Shown: positions 14,295-27,571 of the stretch, piece by piece | Position numbering within the stretch: position 1 is the stretch's first letter | How the letters are laid out: every line of letters begins with the position of its first letter | From: Eledone cirrhosa | Lineage: Eukaryota | Length of the DNA stretch: 64,000 bases | Direction of reading: 5' to 3' | NCBI GenBank assembly: GCA_964016885.1 | Contig: OZ024759.1 | Span: 10,168,001-10,232,000 of the forward strand | Notes under the pieces: model-generated | What the model was told of the DNA's origin: nothing | Databases searched by the model: none | Seen by the model: the letters and a program-made list of their open reading frames with translations, nothing else | Position numbers and translations under genes: made by a program

Positions 14295-15295
14295 ATATAT
14301 ATACACACATGCCTACATATATATATACGTGTATACCTGCTTACATGTACACATATATATATACATACACATGCCTACATATATGTATACTTGCTTACAT
14401 GCACACATATATATACACACATGCCTACTTAAATGTACACACATACCTATATACACATACACACATATATACCTGCTTACATGTACATATATATATATAC
14501 ACACATGCCTACATATATATATATATACCTGTTTACATGTACATATATATATACACACATGCCTACATATATATATACCTGCTTACATGTACACATATAT
14601 ATACACACATGCCTACATATATATATACCTGCTTACATGTACATATATATATACACACATGCCTACATATATATATACCTGCTTACATGTACACATATAT
14701 ATACACACATGCCTACATATATATAGACCTGCTTACATGTACACATATATATACACACATGCCTACATATCTATATATACCTGCTTACATGTACACATAT
14801 ATATACACACATGCCTACATATATATATATACCTGCTTACATGTACACATATATATACACACATGCCTACATATATATATATACCTGCTTACATGTACAC
14901 ATATATGTACACACATGCCTACATATATATATACCTGCTTATATGTACACATATATATACACACATGCCTACATATATATATATACCTGCTTATATGTAC
15001 ACATATATATACACACATGCCTACATATATATATATACCTGCTTACATGTACACATATATATACACACATGCCTACATATATATATATACCTGCTTACAT
15101 GTACACATATATATACACACATGCCTACATATATATATATACCTGCTTACATGTACACATATATATACACACATGCCTACATATATATATATATACCTGC
15201 TTACATGTACACATATATACACACATGCCTACATATATATATATACCTGCTTACATGTACACATATATATATACACACACACGCACATGCATGCT
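14295..15295. repeat. ~55-bp TA/CA-rich minisatellite
   Basis: Unit TACACACATGCCTACATATATATATACCTGCTTACATGTACACATATA with variable TA runs. Confidence 0.9.
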
Positions 15296-15353
15296 TATAG
15301 ACACACACGTTGATACATTCATATAGAGACATACACGGCAGTACACACACACA

Positions 15354-15395
<42 letters not shown>

Positions 15396-15490
15396 GTGTG
15401 TGTGTGTGTTAAGTATTTCCGAAGAAAAAGCAATGGAAAAAAAATTTGCTCTATGTATAATACAGAGCTATTTAATTAGAAAAAATATAA

Positions 15491-15521
<31 letters not shown>

Positions 15522-15554
15522 AACACACATATGTACATGGCAGACAGGAATAAT

Positions 15555-16140
15555 ACTTTATTTCATAAATATATCCTTCATAGTTGCACAAACAACATTA
15601 CAAATCGTTTGCAATTCCTTCAGAATGAAAATATAAACAGAGCATAGAATAACATAACAAATATGTTTTAAATACATACATAAATAACATTTACAAATGC
15701 CTCGGTAGCATTATAAAGGATGATACAATGAAAGATATATTCTTTTAATATTGCAATAATAAAGAAAATGTAAAGCAAGGAAGGGGTGAATAATGGAGCC
15801 AACACCAGAGCAAAAGGCAGCAACGTCGCGAGTACTGGGCAACCTCTCTAATGATTTTTGAGGCAAGCCAGACCACTGGCAGTGTTACCTCGGGTGATGG
15901 CGAGGCTGATGCGCTGAAACAGCCAAGCACCCTCGCAAGATTCGCCAGTTATCTCTCTCTATTAGGTGAGCCGCCAGTGAAGACTGGAACCTCGCAGTCA
16001 GCGGCCCGACTCCCCCAAACGTCTCGAAAACCACAGGCTGAAAAGTGTAGCTGGCCGCCGACAGTTGTATTGCAGCTAATAACCGATTTAACATTTTTAA
16101 ACCATGTTCCAGCAGCCCTGGATTCCAAGGCGCTCCAATC
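15555..16140 (-). mobile_element. 3' fragment of a CRE-clade non-LTR retrotransposon (degenerate)
   Basis: Minus frames give YTFQPVVFETFGGVGP and, after a frameshift, AWLFQRISLAITRGN, typical of the C-terminal restriction-like endonuclease. Followed by a 3'UTR with AATAAA. Confidence 0.7.
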
Positions 16141-16820
16141 GTGACAGTTCCCTCATATTCTCCTCAAACAAATTGTATAAAGGACTATACAATAACCTAT
16201 GTACCAATTCACGTTTTTTTAACGACATCAGGGTATATATTCTATGAATATCTGACTGCTATTTCTAGCATGTCGAGCGACAACGTAAAAACCTTTCCTT
16301 TAATAAAACTACAGACGCCCATGGAAGAAATTTCATTAAAATCACAGGATATTTCTTAAATAAACATGTCTGTGCTGTTTATATGTGATATTTTGATAAA
16401 AATATATATATATATTTAGAGAGAGAGATAAACGGCTGACTAGAGTGGTGCAATCGCCTTGACAGCCGATAGATGTTTTTAAACACCAAGTCAACACTAA
16501 TACAGTAAAACTCCGATCAATGACATCCATACCATGGATATGCTGCCAATTATATATATATATACATATATATTTGTAATGTATCTAAAACTACAATTAC
16601 ATTAATTACATAACGTATACTTTAGACAGCAAGGTGAGATTCAACGGCGATTTGGATGAGCAATCACGTAGAGGGGTTATGTTTATTATTATCATCATTA
16701 TTTTTAAATTCCCAGACATTACAGAATAAATTAATTCATTGAAATTAATTGCTAGTAATTAGATAAATATAATTCTGACATTTATATATATATATACATA
16801 AATGTGTTATATATACTTAC

Positions 16821-16910
16821 GAAGGAGGCAGACGACAGAGGCGTTGTTTGCTGCCGTGGCAGCCGACTCAAGATTATTAATGGTGGTGGCTTCGCCTATT
16901 TCTTCCGTTC
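16821..16910 (-). other. probable 5'UTR exon of the PLPP gene
   Basis: Unique GC-richer island ending in a consensus donor ...CCTTC|GTAAGT. The ATG exon has a splice acceptor, so an upstream exon is expected. 5' boundary unknown. Confidence 0.5.
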
Positions 16911-17338
16911 ATTAAACTTCTTACATTATTTTCGATTATTTGTTTCATGTTTTTTATTCAAACCAAAATTAATAATATTTATTTTTTAAATTCGTACATG
17001 GAGATATAAAATAAATAATTTCTTTGATTAAATTTGGAGAAAAAAAAAATATATAAATATATTTATTTATTTATAATTTAAATGTTCTCCCACTAAAAAA
17101 ATAACGGTGTGAATTAAAGAAATATAATTAAAACAAGAAAAAAAAAAGAGGGAAGGGTGGATTGTCCTTCGCACTAAATCACACGTTACAATAAGGGGCG
17201 CTGGAGTTTCCATCTAATAATTTTTTAGGGAAGTCAAACATTGCCGCCAGTGATAGTGAGACTAAGATGCTGGAATAACCACGTGTATACATAATTTATG
17301 CATAAATATATGTGTGTGTGTGTATATATATATATAGG

Positions 17339-17548
17339 AACGATCGACTTTCGTCAAATCGAACCGAGGAAACAATGTTTCCGTTGGCCTTTCCAACTGC
17401 TAATACTATCTATCGTTCGCAACTCCAGGTAGAAGAAGCAACGTGAAATAAAGTGTCTTGCTCAAGGACATAACGCATCGCCTGGTCCAGGAATCGAACT
17501 CACAACCTCACAATTACGAACCCAATTCTCTACCCACTCAGCCACACG
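17339..17548 (-). mobile_element. tRNA/CORE-like SINE family C
   Basis: Reverse strand A box TGGCTGAGTGG, B box GTTCGATTC, CORE-like segment. Copies at 31606-31816 and 35345-35518. Confidence 0.8.
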
Positions 17549-17649
17549 TTTAACGTCCATTTTCCATGCTAGCATGGGTTAGAGGGGTTGTCTAGTTGAG
17601 AAAGAACTATTTCTAGTTAGGTTTCTATGGCTGGATGCCCTTCCTAACG

Positions 17650-18275
17650 CCAACCACATTTATTGTGTGTACTGGGTGTTGTTTTTTTGTCATGACACCT
17701 GCACAACCACTTTACAGTATGGGCTGGGTACTTATTGTTGTGATACCTACACAACCACTTTACAGTGTATACTGGGTGCTTTTTGTCATGACACCTGCAC
17801 AACCACTTTACAGTATGGGCTGGGTACTTATTGTTGTGATACCTACACAACCACTTTACAGTGTATACTGGGTGCTTTTTGTTGTGATACCTACACAACC
17901 ACTTTACAGTCTGGGCTGGGTACTTATTGTTATGATACCTACACAACCACTTTATAGTATGGGCTGGGTAGTTATTGTTGTGATACCTACACAACCACTT
18001 TACAATGTGGACTGGGTACTTTTTGTTGTGAAAACTATACAACCACTTTACAGTATGGACTGGGTACTTTTTGTTATGTCTCCTACACAACCACTTTACA
18101 GTGGGGGCTGGATACTTTTTGTCGTGTCACCTATATGAACACTTTACAATGTGGACTGGGTACTTTTTGTCGTGACACCTACACAACCACTTTACAGTGT
18201 GTGCTGGGTACTTTTTGTTGTGTCTCCTACACAACCACTTTACAGTGTGTGCTGAGTGCTTTTTGTCATGACACC
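17650..18275. repeat. 48-bp minisatellite expanded inside an RTE-type tail
   Basis: Unit ACACAACCACTTTACAGTGTGGACTGGGTACTTTTTGTTGTGATACCT, contiguous with tail sequence at 17548-17660. Confidence 0.9.
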
Positions 18276-18383
18276 AAAAGGACCTTGTAGTGGGGCAGGA
18301 GTGTAAAAGCGTTGGAGTATGGTGGTGAGATCAGGATGTGGGTTGGGTGTTAGCGCATAGGAGGTATGTGGAAGATATATATA

Positions 18384-19245
18384 TCTATATATATAAAACT
18401 GTGGTTGTCTGTCTGTCTATCGATTTTTGGCACACATCTCCTCTTAGAATCTCTCACGGAATTGCACCGAAATTGCTATACTTGTACATTGAGCCCTAGC
18501 GAAGACATCGGAAAAAAAAAAATTTCAAATTGACCCACCCTATGTGACGAAATCGAATATAATGTATCGATTTTTTAGCGTAAGTTATCAGTTATTTCCC
18601 TTTGTTCTGTTTACATTGAGCGTCTTACGTAAAAAATTACGCTGGCTTTCTCAGCGTTTAAAATGACATTAACACAATACACGAACAGTTGTCGTCGAGC
18701 CAGCAAAATATTGACCTGCAAAATTCATCAGTTCGAACACTAAGCTTCCGTTTTGCTTCATTTCCATTTAAAAGCATTTTAAAACAATATTTTTACTTGA
18801 AAACAAGTCTATTTAAAGACTACGTAAAACAAGCAAATATTTCGTCGTTAGGCGTGCAGACAGACAGTCGTGCAGAGAGGTGATATAGGCGTGCAGACAG
18901 ATAGTCGTGCAGAGAGGTGATATAGGCGTGCAGACAGACATAACTGATAATTTGGTTACGCTAATGTTTTTATCTGCGTTGCAGTGTTTACATTTTCGAT
19001 CTTTGTTAATAAATAACCAGTGCAGTTTTTATCCCCAGCATCCTCTTTTGTTATAACATTCGGGTTATCGTTATGTTTTCTTAACTTCATAAGGCATATT
19101 GTTGTTTGAGGGAATATTAATCAAAAACACCACATGCAAGTCTGCACAGTAGACACTACAGTTTTTAAGCCAAAAAAGAAACTTAACATTGTAACTTTAA
19201 CACAGCTACTGAGCGACCCCGAGCAACGCCGGGCTTTACTGCTAG
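18384..19245 (+). mobile_element. non-autonomous Helitron
   Basis: A|TCTATATATATAAAA 5' end; 3' hairpin CCCG-AGCAACGC-CGGG then CTAG|T; no TSD. Confidence 0.8.
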
Positions 19246-19270
19246 TATATCTATATAGGAACAGCAAAAT

Positions 19271-22200
19271 ATGAAGACGTCGCATTTCAGAGTTGCAACA
19301 CTTAATGTTGGCACTCTCACAGGTAAATCTGCTGAAATAGCGGAGATGCTGGAGAGAAGGCATGTGGATGTGTGCTGCGTGCAAGAGGTGAGATGGAGAG
19401 GTGCCTCTGCGAAACTACTCACAGGCAAACATCTTAGCTATAAGCTTTTCTCGGTATGTAAGGATGATGGGTTAGGGGGAGTAGGCATTTTCCTGGCTGA
19501 GAGATGGATCAATAAGACAATAGAAGTAGTTCGAGTTAGTAATCGAATAATTAAGCTTAGATTAGTTGTAGGCAGGAGACTACTGACAATCATCTCTGCC
19601 TATGCTCCCCAAGCAGGCCTAGGCAAAGAAGAGAAAGACTGCTTTTACGAGCAACTTTTACAAACAACAGCAATGACAGAGGACGGAGACATTGTTATGC
19701 TAGCAGGGGACTTCAATGGTCATGTTGGACAGCTCCAGGATGATTACACTGGGGTACATGGTGGGCACGGTTACGGTTCAAGAAATGAAGAAGGAGTGAG
19801 ACTTCTTGAATTTTGTGACGCAAGTACACTGACTATTTGCAACACTAACTTCCAGAAACCTGCCAACCACCTAATAAATTACAAATCAGGCGAGCACATA
19901 AGCCAGATTGACTTCTTACTAGTTAGGCAGCGGGACAGGCAGATGGTGTCTAATACCAAGGCATACCCTGGGGAAGAATGTACCCCACAACATAGGTTAG
20001 TCGTTAGTGATATCTCAGTAAGCAAGAGATGGAATGAGACATATAAGAAGGTGTGGAGAAGAAAGGTCTGGAAGCTAAAAGACCTTTCACTAAAATACAA
20101 ATTTAGGAAAGCCCTTCAAGATATGTATGACGAAAAAAAAGACGATTTAGAGACGTATGACATAGATAATAACTGGAATTTCTTACGTGACAACTTACTG
20201 CAGACTACTGATGAAACTTGTGGCTGGAGCAGAGCTCCAACCAGACAGAGAGTGACCTGGTGGTGGAACAGCACAGTAGATAAGGCCATTAGATACAAAA
20301 GACTAGCATGGAAGGCTTGGAAAAAGGGTGGGAGTAGAGAAGGATATACAGCCGCTAAGAGAGAAGCTAGACGTCAGGTGTACTTAGCACGCAGGGAGGC
20401 AGAGAGTAGGAGGTTTGCCAATGTTCTGCGACGGGAAGATCAGAGGCGTGTGGTCTTCCACATTGCAAGGCAGTATGTCAATGCAAATCAGGGTGTTGTT
20501 GGAGATAAACGTGTCCGGAATGATGCCAGTGTACTTAGTGTCACGAATGATCAGAAAAAGGAGGCCTGGAAATGTCATTATGAGAGACTGATGAATGTGG
20601 AGAACGAATGGGAGAGAGAGAAATTACCCTCAGTAGATCCGACAGAGGGACCAGCTATTGAGATTGACGAATATAGGGTCCAAGAGGCGATTAAGGAAAT
20701 GAAAAATGGTAAGGCTGCTGGACCAGCGGGGATAGTTGCTGAGATGCTGAAGGCATCAGGGGACATAGGCACTAAACTGGTTGCACGTATCATCAATCAG
20801 GCTATATATGGTGGTGTCATACCCAAAGACCGGTGCAGCAAAGGTAAAGGGGGTGCTCTGGAGAAGAGCAATTATAGGGGTATAAAACTGATGGATCAGG
20901 TTATGAAAGTGGCAGAAAGGATATTAGCACAACTAATTAGAGAAAGGGTCAAACTAGATGAGATGCAGTTTGGTTTTGTGCCTGGGAAGAGTACAACAGA
21001 TGCCCTCTTCTTGGTGAGACAATTACAAGAGAGGTTCTTAGAGAAAAATAAGCCATTATACTTAGCCTTTGTTGACCTAGAGAAAGCCTTTGATAGGGTA
21101 CCCCGATCTGTCATCTGGTGGTCCCTAAGGAAACTAGGTGTAGAAGAATGGCTTGTGAGGACAGTGCAAACTTTGTACAGAGGTACTCTCAGTAAAGTCA
21201 GGGTAGGAATGGAGTTTAGTGAGGAATTCCAGATACAAGTAGGAGTACATCAAGGTTCGGCCCTCAGCCAGTGCTTGTTCATTATAGTCCTCCAAGCTAT
21301 AACAGAGGAGTTTAAGACTGGCTGTCCATGGGAACTTCTCTATGCTGACGATCTGGTTCTTATAGCAGAATCAGTAGAGGAGCTAGAGAATAAATTCTGG
21401 CTCTGGAAACAGCAGTTGGAAGCAAGAGAACTGAGAGTGAACCTAGCTAAGACAAAAGTGTTGATGAGTAGAAAAGAGGACAAAACTCTGATTCCGTCAG
21501 GGAAATGGCCATGTTTGATATGCAGAAAAGGAACTGGCATAAATTCTGTAAAATGTACACAATGCAAATCTTGGGTAAACAAGAGATGTAGTGGGATAGC
21601 AGGCAAACTAACAGGTAGGGAGAAATATGTATGCAGTAGATGTACAGGGAAATTAAACAGTAGAAGTCGCATTGATAGACAATTTTTCAAATGCAGGCGG
21701 GTGCTATAGAAGTGGTGGATAGCTTCCGGTACCTAGGAGATCAGATTAGCATGGGAGGGGGTGTTCCGAGGCCATAGTATCTAGAATAAGGACGGGTTGG
21801 AAGAAGATTAGGGAGCTGCTTCCTCTGCTGACGAAGAAGGGTTTCTCCCTGCGTACGAAAGGCTGGTTATATGATGGCTGTGTGAGGAGCGCGATGCTGC
21901 ATGGTAGTGAGACATGGGCAGCAACTGCAGAGGATATGCGATGGCTGGAGAGAAATGAGGCAAGCCTGCTCCGTTGGATGTGCAATGTCAATGTGCGTGA
22001 ATGACCCAGCATAAATGTGTTGAGAGAAAAACTGTGTCTGAGAGGGATAGAATGTAGTGTACGGGAGAGGAGACTGAGGTGGTATGGACATGTGATGCAC
22101 ATGGAGGATGACCAATGTGTGAATAAGTGCCAGGTAATGCCAGTTGAAGGAAGACATGGTAGAGGTAGACCACGAAAAACATGGGCGGAGGTGGTGAGAG

Positions 22201-22277
22201 CAGACCTCAGATCGCAGAAGCTCACGGTGGAGATGACGAAGGACCGTGACAAGTGGAGAGATGCTGTGTATAATTGA
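19271..22277 (+). mobile_element. RTE-clade LINE ORF (APE endonuclease + RT + PHD-like finger), degenerate
   Basis: APE motifs TLNVG, VQEVRW, SAYAPQ, GDFNGH, QIDF; RT motifs AFVDLEKAFD, GVHQGS, LLYADD. Frameshifts near 21700 and 21760; TGA stop at 22002; C-terminal RLRWYGHV and RGRPRKTW. Confidence 0.95.
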
Positions 22278-23513
22278 GAGACCACCTACCCCTGAGGTAA
22301 TGCTGTGTCTTGGCTTACCTCAGATATCTTTAGAGGGTAACACCAACATTGCCTGTTGCAGTGTGTAATTGAGAGACCACCTACCACCTGAGGTAATGCT
22401 GCGTCTTGGCTTACCTCAGATATCTTTAGAGGGTAACACCAACATTGCCTGTTGCAGTGTGTAATTGAGAGACCACCTACCCCCTGAGGTAATGCTGTGT
22501 CTTGGCTTACCTCAGATATCTTTAGAGGGTAACACCAACATTGCCTGTTGCAGTGTGTAATTGAGAGACCACCTACCCCCTGAGGTAATGCTGTGTCTTG
22601 GCTTACCTCAGATATCTTTAGAGGGTAACACCAACATTGCCTGTTGCAGTGTGTAATTGAGAGACCACCTACCCCCTGAGGTAATGCTGTGTCTTGGCTT
22701 ACCTCAGATATCTTTAGAGGGTAACACCAATATTCCCTGCTGCAGTGTGTAATTGAGAGACTACCTACCCCCTGAGGTAATGCTGTGTCTTGGCTTACCT
22801 CAGATATCTTTAGAGGGTAACACCAATATTCCCTGCTGCAGTGTGTAATTGAGAGACCACCTACCCCCTGAGGTAATGCTGTGTCTTGGCTTACCTCAGA
22901 TATCTTTAGAGGGTAACACCAACATTGCCTGTTGCAGTGTGTAATTGAGAGACCACCTACCACCTGAGGTAATGCTGTGTCTTGGCTTACCTCAGATATC
23001 TTTAGAGGGTAACACCAATATTCCCTGCTGCAGTGTGTAATTGAGAGACCACCTACCCCCTGAGGTAATGCTGTGTCTTGGCTTACCTCAGATATCTTTA
23101 GAGGGTAACACCAACATTGCCTGTTGCAGTGTGTAATTGAGAGACCACCTACCCCCTGAGGTAATGCTGTGTCTTGGCTTACCTCAGATATCTTTAGAGG
23201 GTAACACCAATATTCCCTGCTGCAGTGTGTAATTGAGAGACCACCTACCCCCTGAGGTAATGCTGTGTCTTGGCTTACCTCAGATATCTTTAGAGGGTAA
23301 CACCAATATTCCCTGTTGCAGTGTGTAATTGAGAGACCACCTACCACCTGAGGTAATGCTGTGTCTTGGCTTACCTCAGATATCTTTAGAGGGTAACACC
23401 AACATTCCCTGCTGCAGTGTGTAATTGAGAGACCACCTACCCCCTGAGGTAATGCTGTGTCTTGGCTTACCTCAGATATCTTTAGAGGGTAACACCAACA
23501 TTCCCTGCTGCAG
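22271..23513. repeat. 96-bp tandem array at the LINE 3' end
   Basis: About 13 near-identical copies, each with an internal inverted repeat CTGAGGTAA...TTACCTCAG. Confidence 0.95.
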
Positions 23514-24127
23514 TTTTTTCCCTGATTAATCTTTCTTTAAATCCATTTTACTTTTGGTAAATTCCCTTTTTTCCGTTTTATTAAAACAGGGAAAAGAAAA
23601 TTGTGTTTATATTGTGTTTATATGTAGAAAATGTTTGAATGAACTTTATATTCATTATTTTTTGGAAGAGTGGAAAACTGTTGAGTCTTAGTACTTGGCT
23701 GTTATTTCATTTAAGGAAGCCCCTGGTAAGTTGGAAAGCCAAATGGTAAGCTCGGCCGAATTTGAAGCGAACGGAGCAAGGGACATAACTTCTAACAACA
23801 GCTCTGAATAAATCGTAGCTGCAGAGCTAACAACCTTCCATTGGAACATTTACAAGTGAAATAATAAACATTTTGTAAACACTTCGGAATTTGTAAAAAA
23901 ATTAATAAGAATTAAATATAAGATCACATATAACAAATATAAAACAGGAATAATCAACTCCAATTCAACAGGATAAATATATTTAATAACGAGATTTAAT
24001 TAAATTAGACACTCTCTCTCTCACTCTCTCTCTCTCTCACACAATATATATATATCACTCTCCAGCGAATTTTCAACCGTCAAGGATGTTTTCCACGGTT
24101 ATGTCACTATTTATAAAACAAATTTTG

Positions 24128-24192
24128 TATTTTATCTGACGAAAGCGCACCAAGACTACCTTGGTTGCCCTTGAAATATATATAATAAAATA
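24128..24192 (+). ncRNA. type-I hammerhead ribozyme motif
   Basis: TATTTTAT-CTGACGA-stem II (CCAAG/CTTGG)-GAAA-TATATA-TA-ATAAAATA; perfect 8-bp stem I. Confidence 0.78.
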
Positions 24193-24322
24193 ATTATGGT
24201 TTTATAAATATAGTTTCCATTTATTAATATATTGAATATTTACTCCAGTAAACTGTTGAGTGCTCTATATCAGTTATAAACTTTTAAGTTTGTTGGAATC
24301 CCAACAAATTAAATATAACTTC

Positions 24323-24389
<67 letters not shown>

Positions 24390-24455
24390 ATATGAAGTAA
24401 TTCCGTTGGAAAAGTCCAGGAAAAAAGAGTGCTCTATGTAGGTAACAGAGCTTAA

Positions 24456-24706
24456 TAGTTATCTAATAAACAACATAAGGCAATTATTCCATTTACCAGT
24501 GGTTTCTTAAAAGCAAAAAATGTTGCTTTCAATCATCAGAATGAAAAAATCCTGGTGTATTTATTGATATTGGATTCTCTTGGTGAATCCAATATCAATA
24601 AATACACCAGGATTTTTTCATTCTGATGATTGAAAGCAACATTTTTTGCTTTTAAGAAACCACTGGTAAATGGAATAATTGCCTTATGTTGTTTATTACA
24701 TAACTA
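24456..24706. repeat. fold-back palindrome carrying a hammerhead on each strand
   Basis: ~120-bp near-perfect arms. Plus motif 24616-24675: TTTCATT-CTGATGA-TTGAAAGCAA/TTGCTTTTAA-GAAA-CCACTGG-TA-AATGGAA. Mirror at 24487-24546. Confidence 0.85.
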
Positions 24707-24724
24707 TATATATATATATATATG

Positions 24725-25438
24725 CCCGCCGCCCCGCCTTACCTAAATACAAAGTAAAACCTACTACAGTCAGTAGGCATCTCTAACAAAATACAGCCCC
24801 GTCCCCCCACCCCATCCACACCGCCCCTTTCAATGTAAAGTTATGTTGGTGCCACAACATCCAGCTGTAGAAAACCTGCCACACAGTCCACGCTGTAATG
24901 TGGCCGTGTAGGCAACACGGTAAAAACCTCCCAGCCCCACACTGTAAATGTGGTTGGTGTTAGGAAGGGCATCCAGCTGTAGAAAACCTGCCACACAGTC
25001 CACGCTGTAATGTGGCCGTGTAGGTAACACGGTAAAAACCTCCCAGCCCCACACTGTAAATGTGGTTGGTGTTAGGAAGGGCATCCAGCTGTAGAAAACC
25101 TGCCACACAGTCCACGCTGTAATGTGGCCGTGTAGGTAACACGGTAAAAACCTCCCAGCCCCACACTGTAAATGTGGTTGGTGTTAGGAAGGGCATCCAG
25201 CTGTAGAAAACCTGCCACACAGTCCACGCTGTAATGTGGCCGTGTAGGTAACACGATAAAAACCTCCCAGTTCCACACTGTAAATGTGGTTGGTGTTAGG
25301 AAGGGCATCCAGCCGTAGAAAACCCGCCAGACAGTCCTATGTGAGCAAGACAACCACTCTTGCCTCAAGTGGGAAAACTCCCGTCCAGACCCATGCAAGC
25401 GTGGAATATGGACGTTAAACGATGATGATGATGATGAT
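24725..25438 (+). mobile_element. RTE-type 3' tail with 112-bp tandem expansion
   Basis: Homologous to 34329-34730; about 4 copies of a 112-bp unit; ends GGACGTTAAAC(GAT)n. Confidence 0.8.
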
Positions 25439-25446
25439 ATATATAT

Positions 25447-25780
25447 ATATTAATTCAAAATATTAACAAAATAGATATTCTTGTGATCAATTATATTTTA
25501 TTATACATATTTCAGAGGTACTGAGTTAAGTTCAACAGTACGTCCTCATCAGATAAAATAAGATGATGCATGACATACCCTAACATAGTAGATGGTTAAG
25601 ATTCAGTCATGGTAGTATGACTGAATCTTAACCATCTACTATGTTAGGGTATGTCATGCATCATCTTATTTTATCTGATGAGGACGTACTGTTGAACTTA
25701 ACTCAGTACCTCTGAAATATGTATAATAAAATATAATTGATCACAAGAATATCTATCTTGTTAATATTTTGAATTAATAT
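25447..25780. repeat. fold-back palindrome with hammerheads
   Basis: ~165-bp arms centred at ~25613. Plus motif 25667-25733: CTGATGA-GGACGTACTG..CAGTACCTCT-GAAA-TATGTA-TA. Mirror at 25494-25560. Confidence 0.88.
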
Positions 25781-25848
25781 TAATAACTTTCTATATATAT
25801 ATGTAAAAGTTTTCCATGGTTATGTCACTATTTATAAAACAAATTTTG

Positions 25849-25913
25849 TATTTTATCTGATGAAAGCGCACCAAGATTGGCTTGGTCGCTCTTGAAATAT
25901 ATATAATAAAATA
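25849..25913 (+). ncRNA. type-I hammerhead ribozyme motif
   Basis: TATTTTAT-CTGATGA...GAAA-TATATA-TA-ATAAAATA. Confidence 0.75.
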
Positions 25914-25967
25914 ATTATGGTTTTATAAATATAGTTTCCATTTATTAATATATTGTATATATTATAT

Positions 25968-26000
<33 letters not shown>

Positions 26001-26006
<6 letters not shown>

Positions 26007-26024
26007 ATATTAACAAATGGAAAC

Positions 26025-26060
<36 letters not shown>

Positions 26061-26474
26061 ACGTTTAACGTCCGTGTTCCACGCTTGCATGGGTTTGGAT
26101 GGGAGTTTTCCCACTTGAGGCAAGAGTGATTGTCTTGCTCGCATAGGACTGTCTGGCGGGAAACTATATTTATAAAACCATATTTATTTTATTATACATA
26201 TTTCAAGGGCCACCAAGGCAAATTATGGTGCGCTTTCATCAGATAAAATACAATACAGATTAGTTTTATAAATAAATATTGACATACCCTGAAAAAAAGA
26301 CAACCTTAACGGTTGGGGTTTCCTGGATAGGATATGTCAATATTTATTTATAAAACTAATCTGTATTTTATCTGATTAAAGCGCACCATCATTTGCCTTG
26401 GTGGCCCTTGAAATATGTATAATAAAATAAATATGGTTTTATAAATATAGTTTCCATTTGTTAATATATTGTAT
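26001..26474. repeat. fold-back palindrome with hammerheads; left arm interrupted by an RTE tail
   Basis: Minus motif 26185-26250 is intact; the plus copy has CTGATTA at 26372. Insertion 26026-26158 is flanked by a GGAAACT duplication. Confidence 0.8.
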
Positions 26475-26717
26475 ATTTACTCCAATATTTTGTTGAGTGC
26501 TTTATATCAGTTATAAAAATATTTTTAAGCTTGTTGAATCCCAACAAATTAAATATAACCTCTGCATATATATATATATGTAGCAGTTTTCCATGGTTAT
26601 GTCACTATTTATAAAACAAATTTTGTATTTTATCTGATGAAAGCGCACCAAGATGGCTTGAAATATATATAATGAAATAAATATGGTTTTATAAATATAG
26701 TTTCTATTTATTAATAT

Positions 26718-26760
<43 letters not shown>

Positions 26761-26814
26761 CGTTTCTGAATTTGTTTAGTAAGATTCTTTATCTGAAATC
26801 GTGTGTTGAAACCG

Positions 26815-27407
26815 ATATTGTTATACTTTGGGAGGGTCATGTTGCCAATAAGAAACACACGCACCAGTTGCTTTCACTTCAATTTATTATATATTTATAA
26901 ATTTATAAATTTACAAATCTACAAATTTATAAATTTCTGGTTGGTTGGTTGGTTCCACAACCAGATAGTTGTTTATATATAGTCATAGTCCTTTCGTCAC
27001 ACACTCTGTGACCTCTTCAGTGACTGGGGATTCCTTTCTTTGTTTCTGTGCCTTTCCTGTGCCTTTCTTTGTTTCTGTGCCTTTCCTGTGCCTTTCTTTG
27101 TTTCTGTGCCTTTCCTTTCTTCTGTCCTACGCCATTTTGAGAAACAAAATGGCGTAGGACAGAAGAAAGGAAAGGCAGAAAGGCACAGAAACAAAGAAAG
27201 GAATCCCCAGTCACTGAAGAGGTCACAGAGTGTGTGACGAAAGGACTATGACTATATATAAACAACTATCTGGTTGTGGAACCAACCAACCAGAAATTTA
27301 TAAATTTGTAGATTTGTAAATTTATAAATTTATAAATATATAATAAATTGAAGTGAAAGTAACTGGTGCGTGTGTTTCTTATTGGCAACATGACCCTCCC
27401 AAAGTAT

Positions 27408-27415
<8 letters not shown>
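26815..27415. repeat. ~600-bp fold-back palindrome with hammerhead-like motifs
   Basis: Centre ~27140. Plus motif 27209-27253: AGTCA-CTGAAGA-G-GTCAC..GTGAC-GAAA-GGAC-TA-TGACT. Mirror at 26981-27025. Confidence 0.85.
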
Positions 27416-27460
<45 letters not shown>

Positions 27461-27571
27461 TTCAACAAGGTTCAATGAATAAATCAAAGAATTAGTTTTA
27501 CAATAGATTGGATAGACTACCCTGACTGGATCTTAAACATCTACCATGTCAGGGTATGTCATGCATCATCT

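Noticed and set aside
16342-16530. 62-aa minus-strand ORF as a PLPP exon
   Set aside because: No similarity to the family; the PLPP start is already accounted for at 12543.
19271-21709. Active autonomous LINE or host gene
   Set aside because: Downstream frameshifts, a stop at 22002 and an apparent internal deletion.
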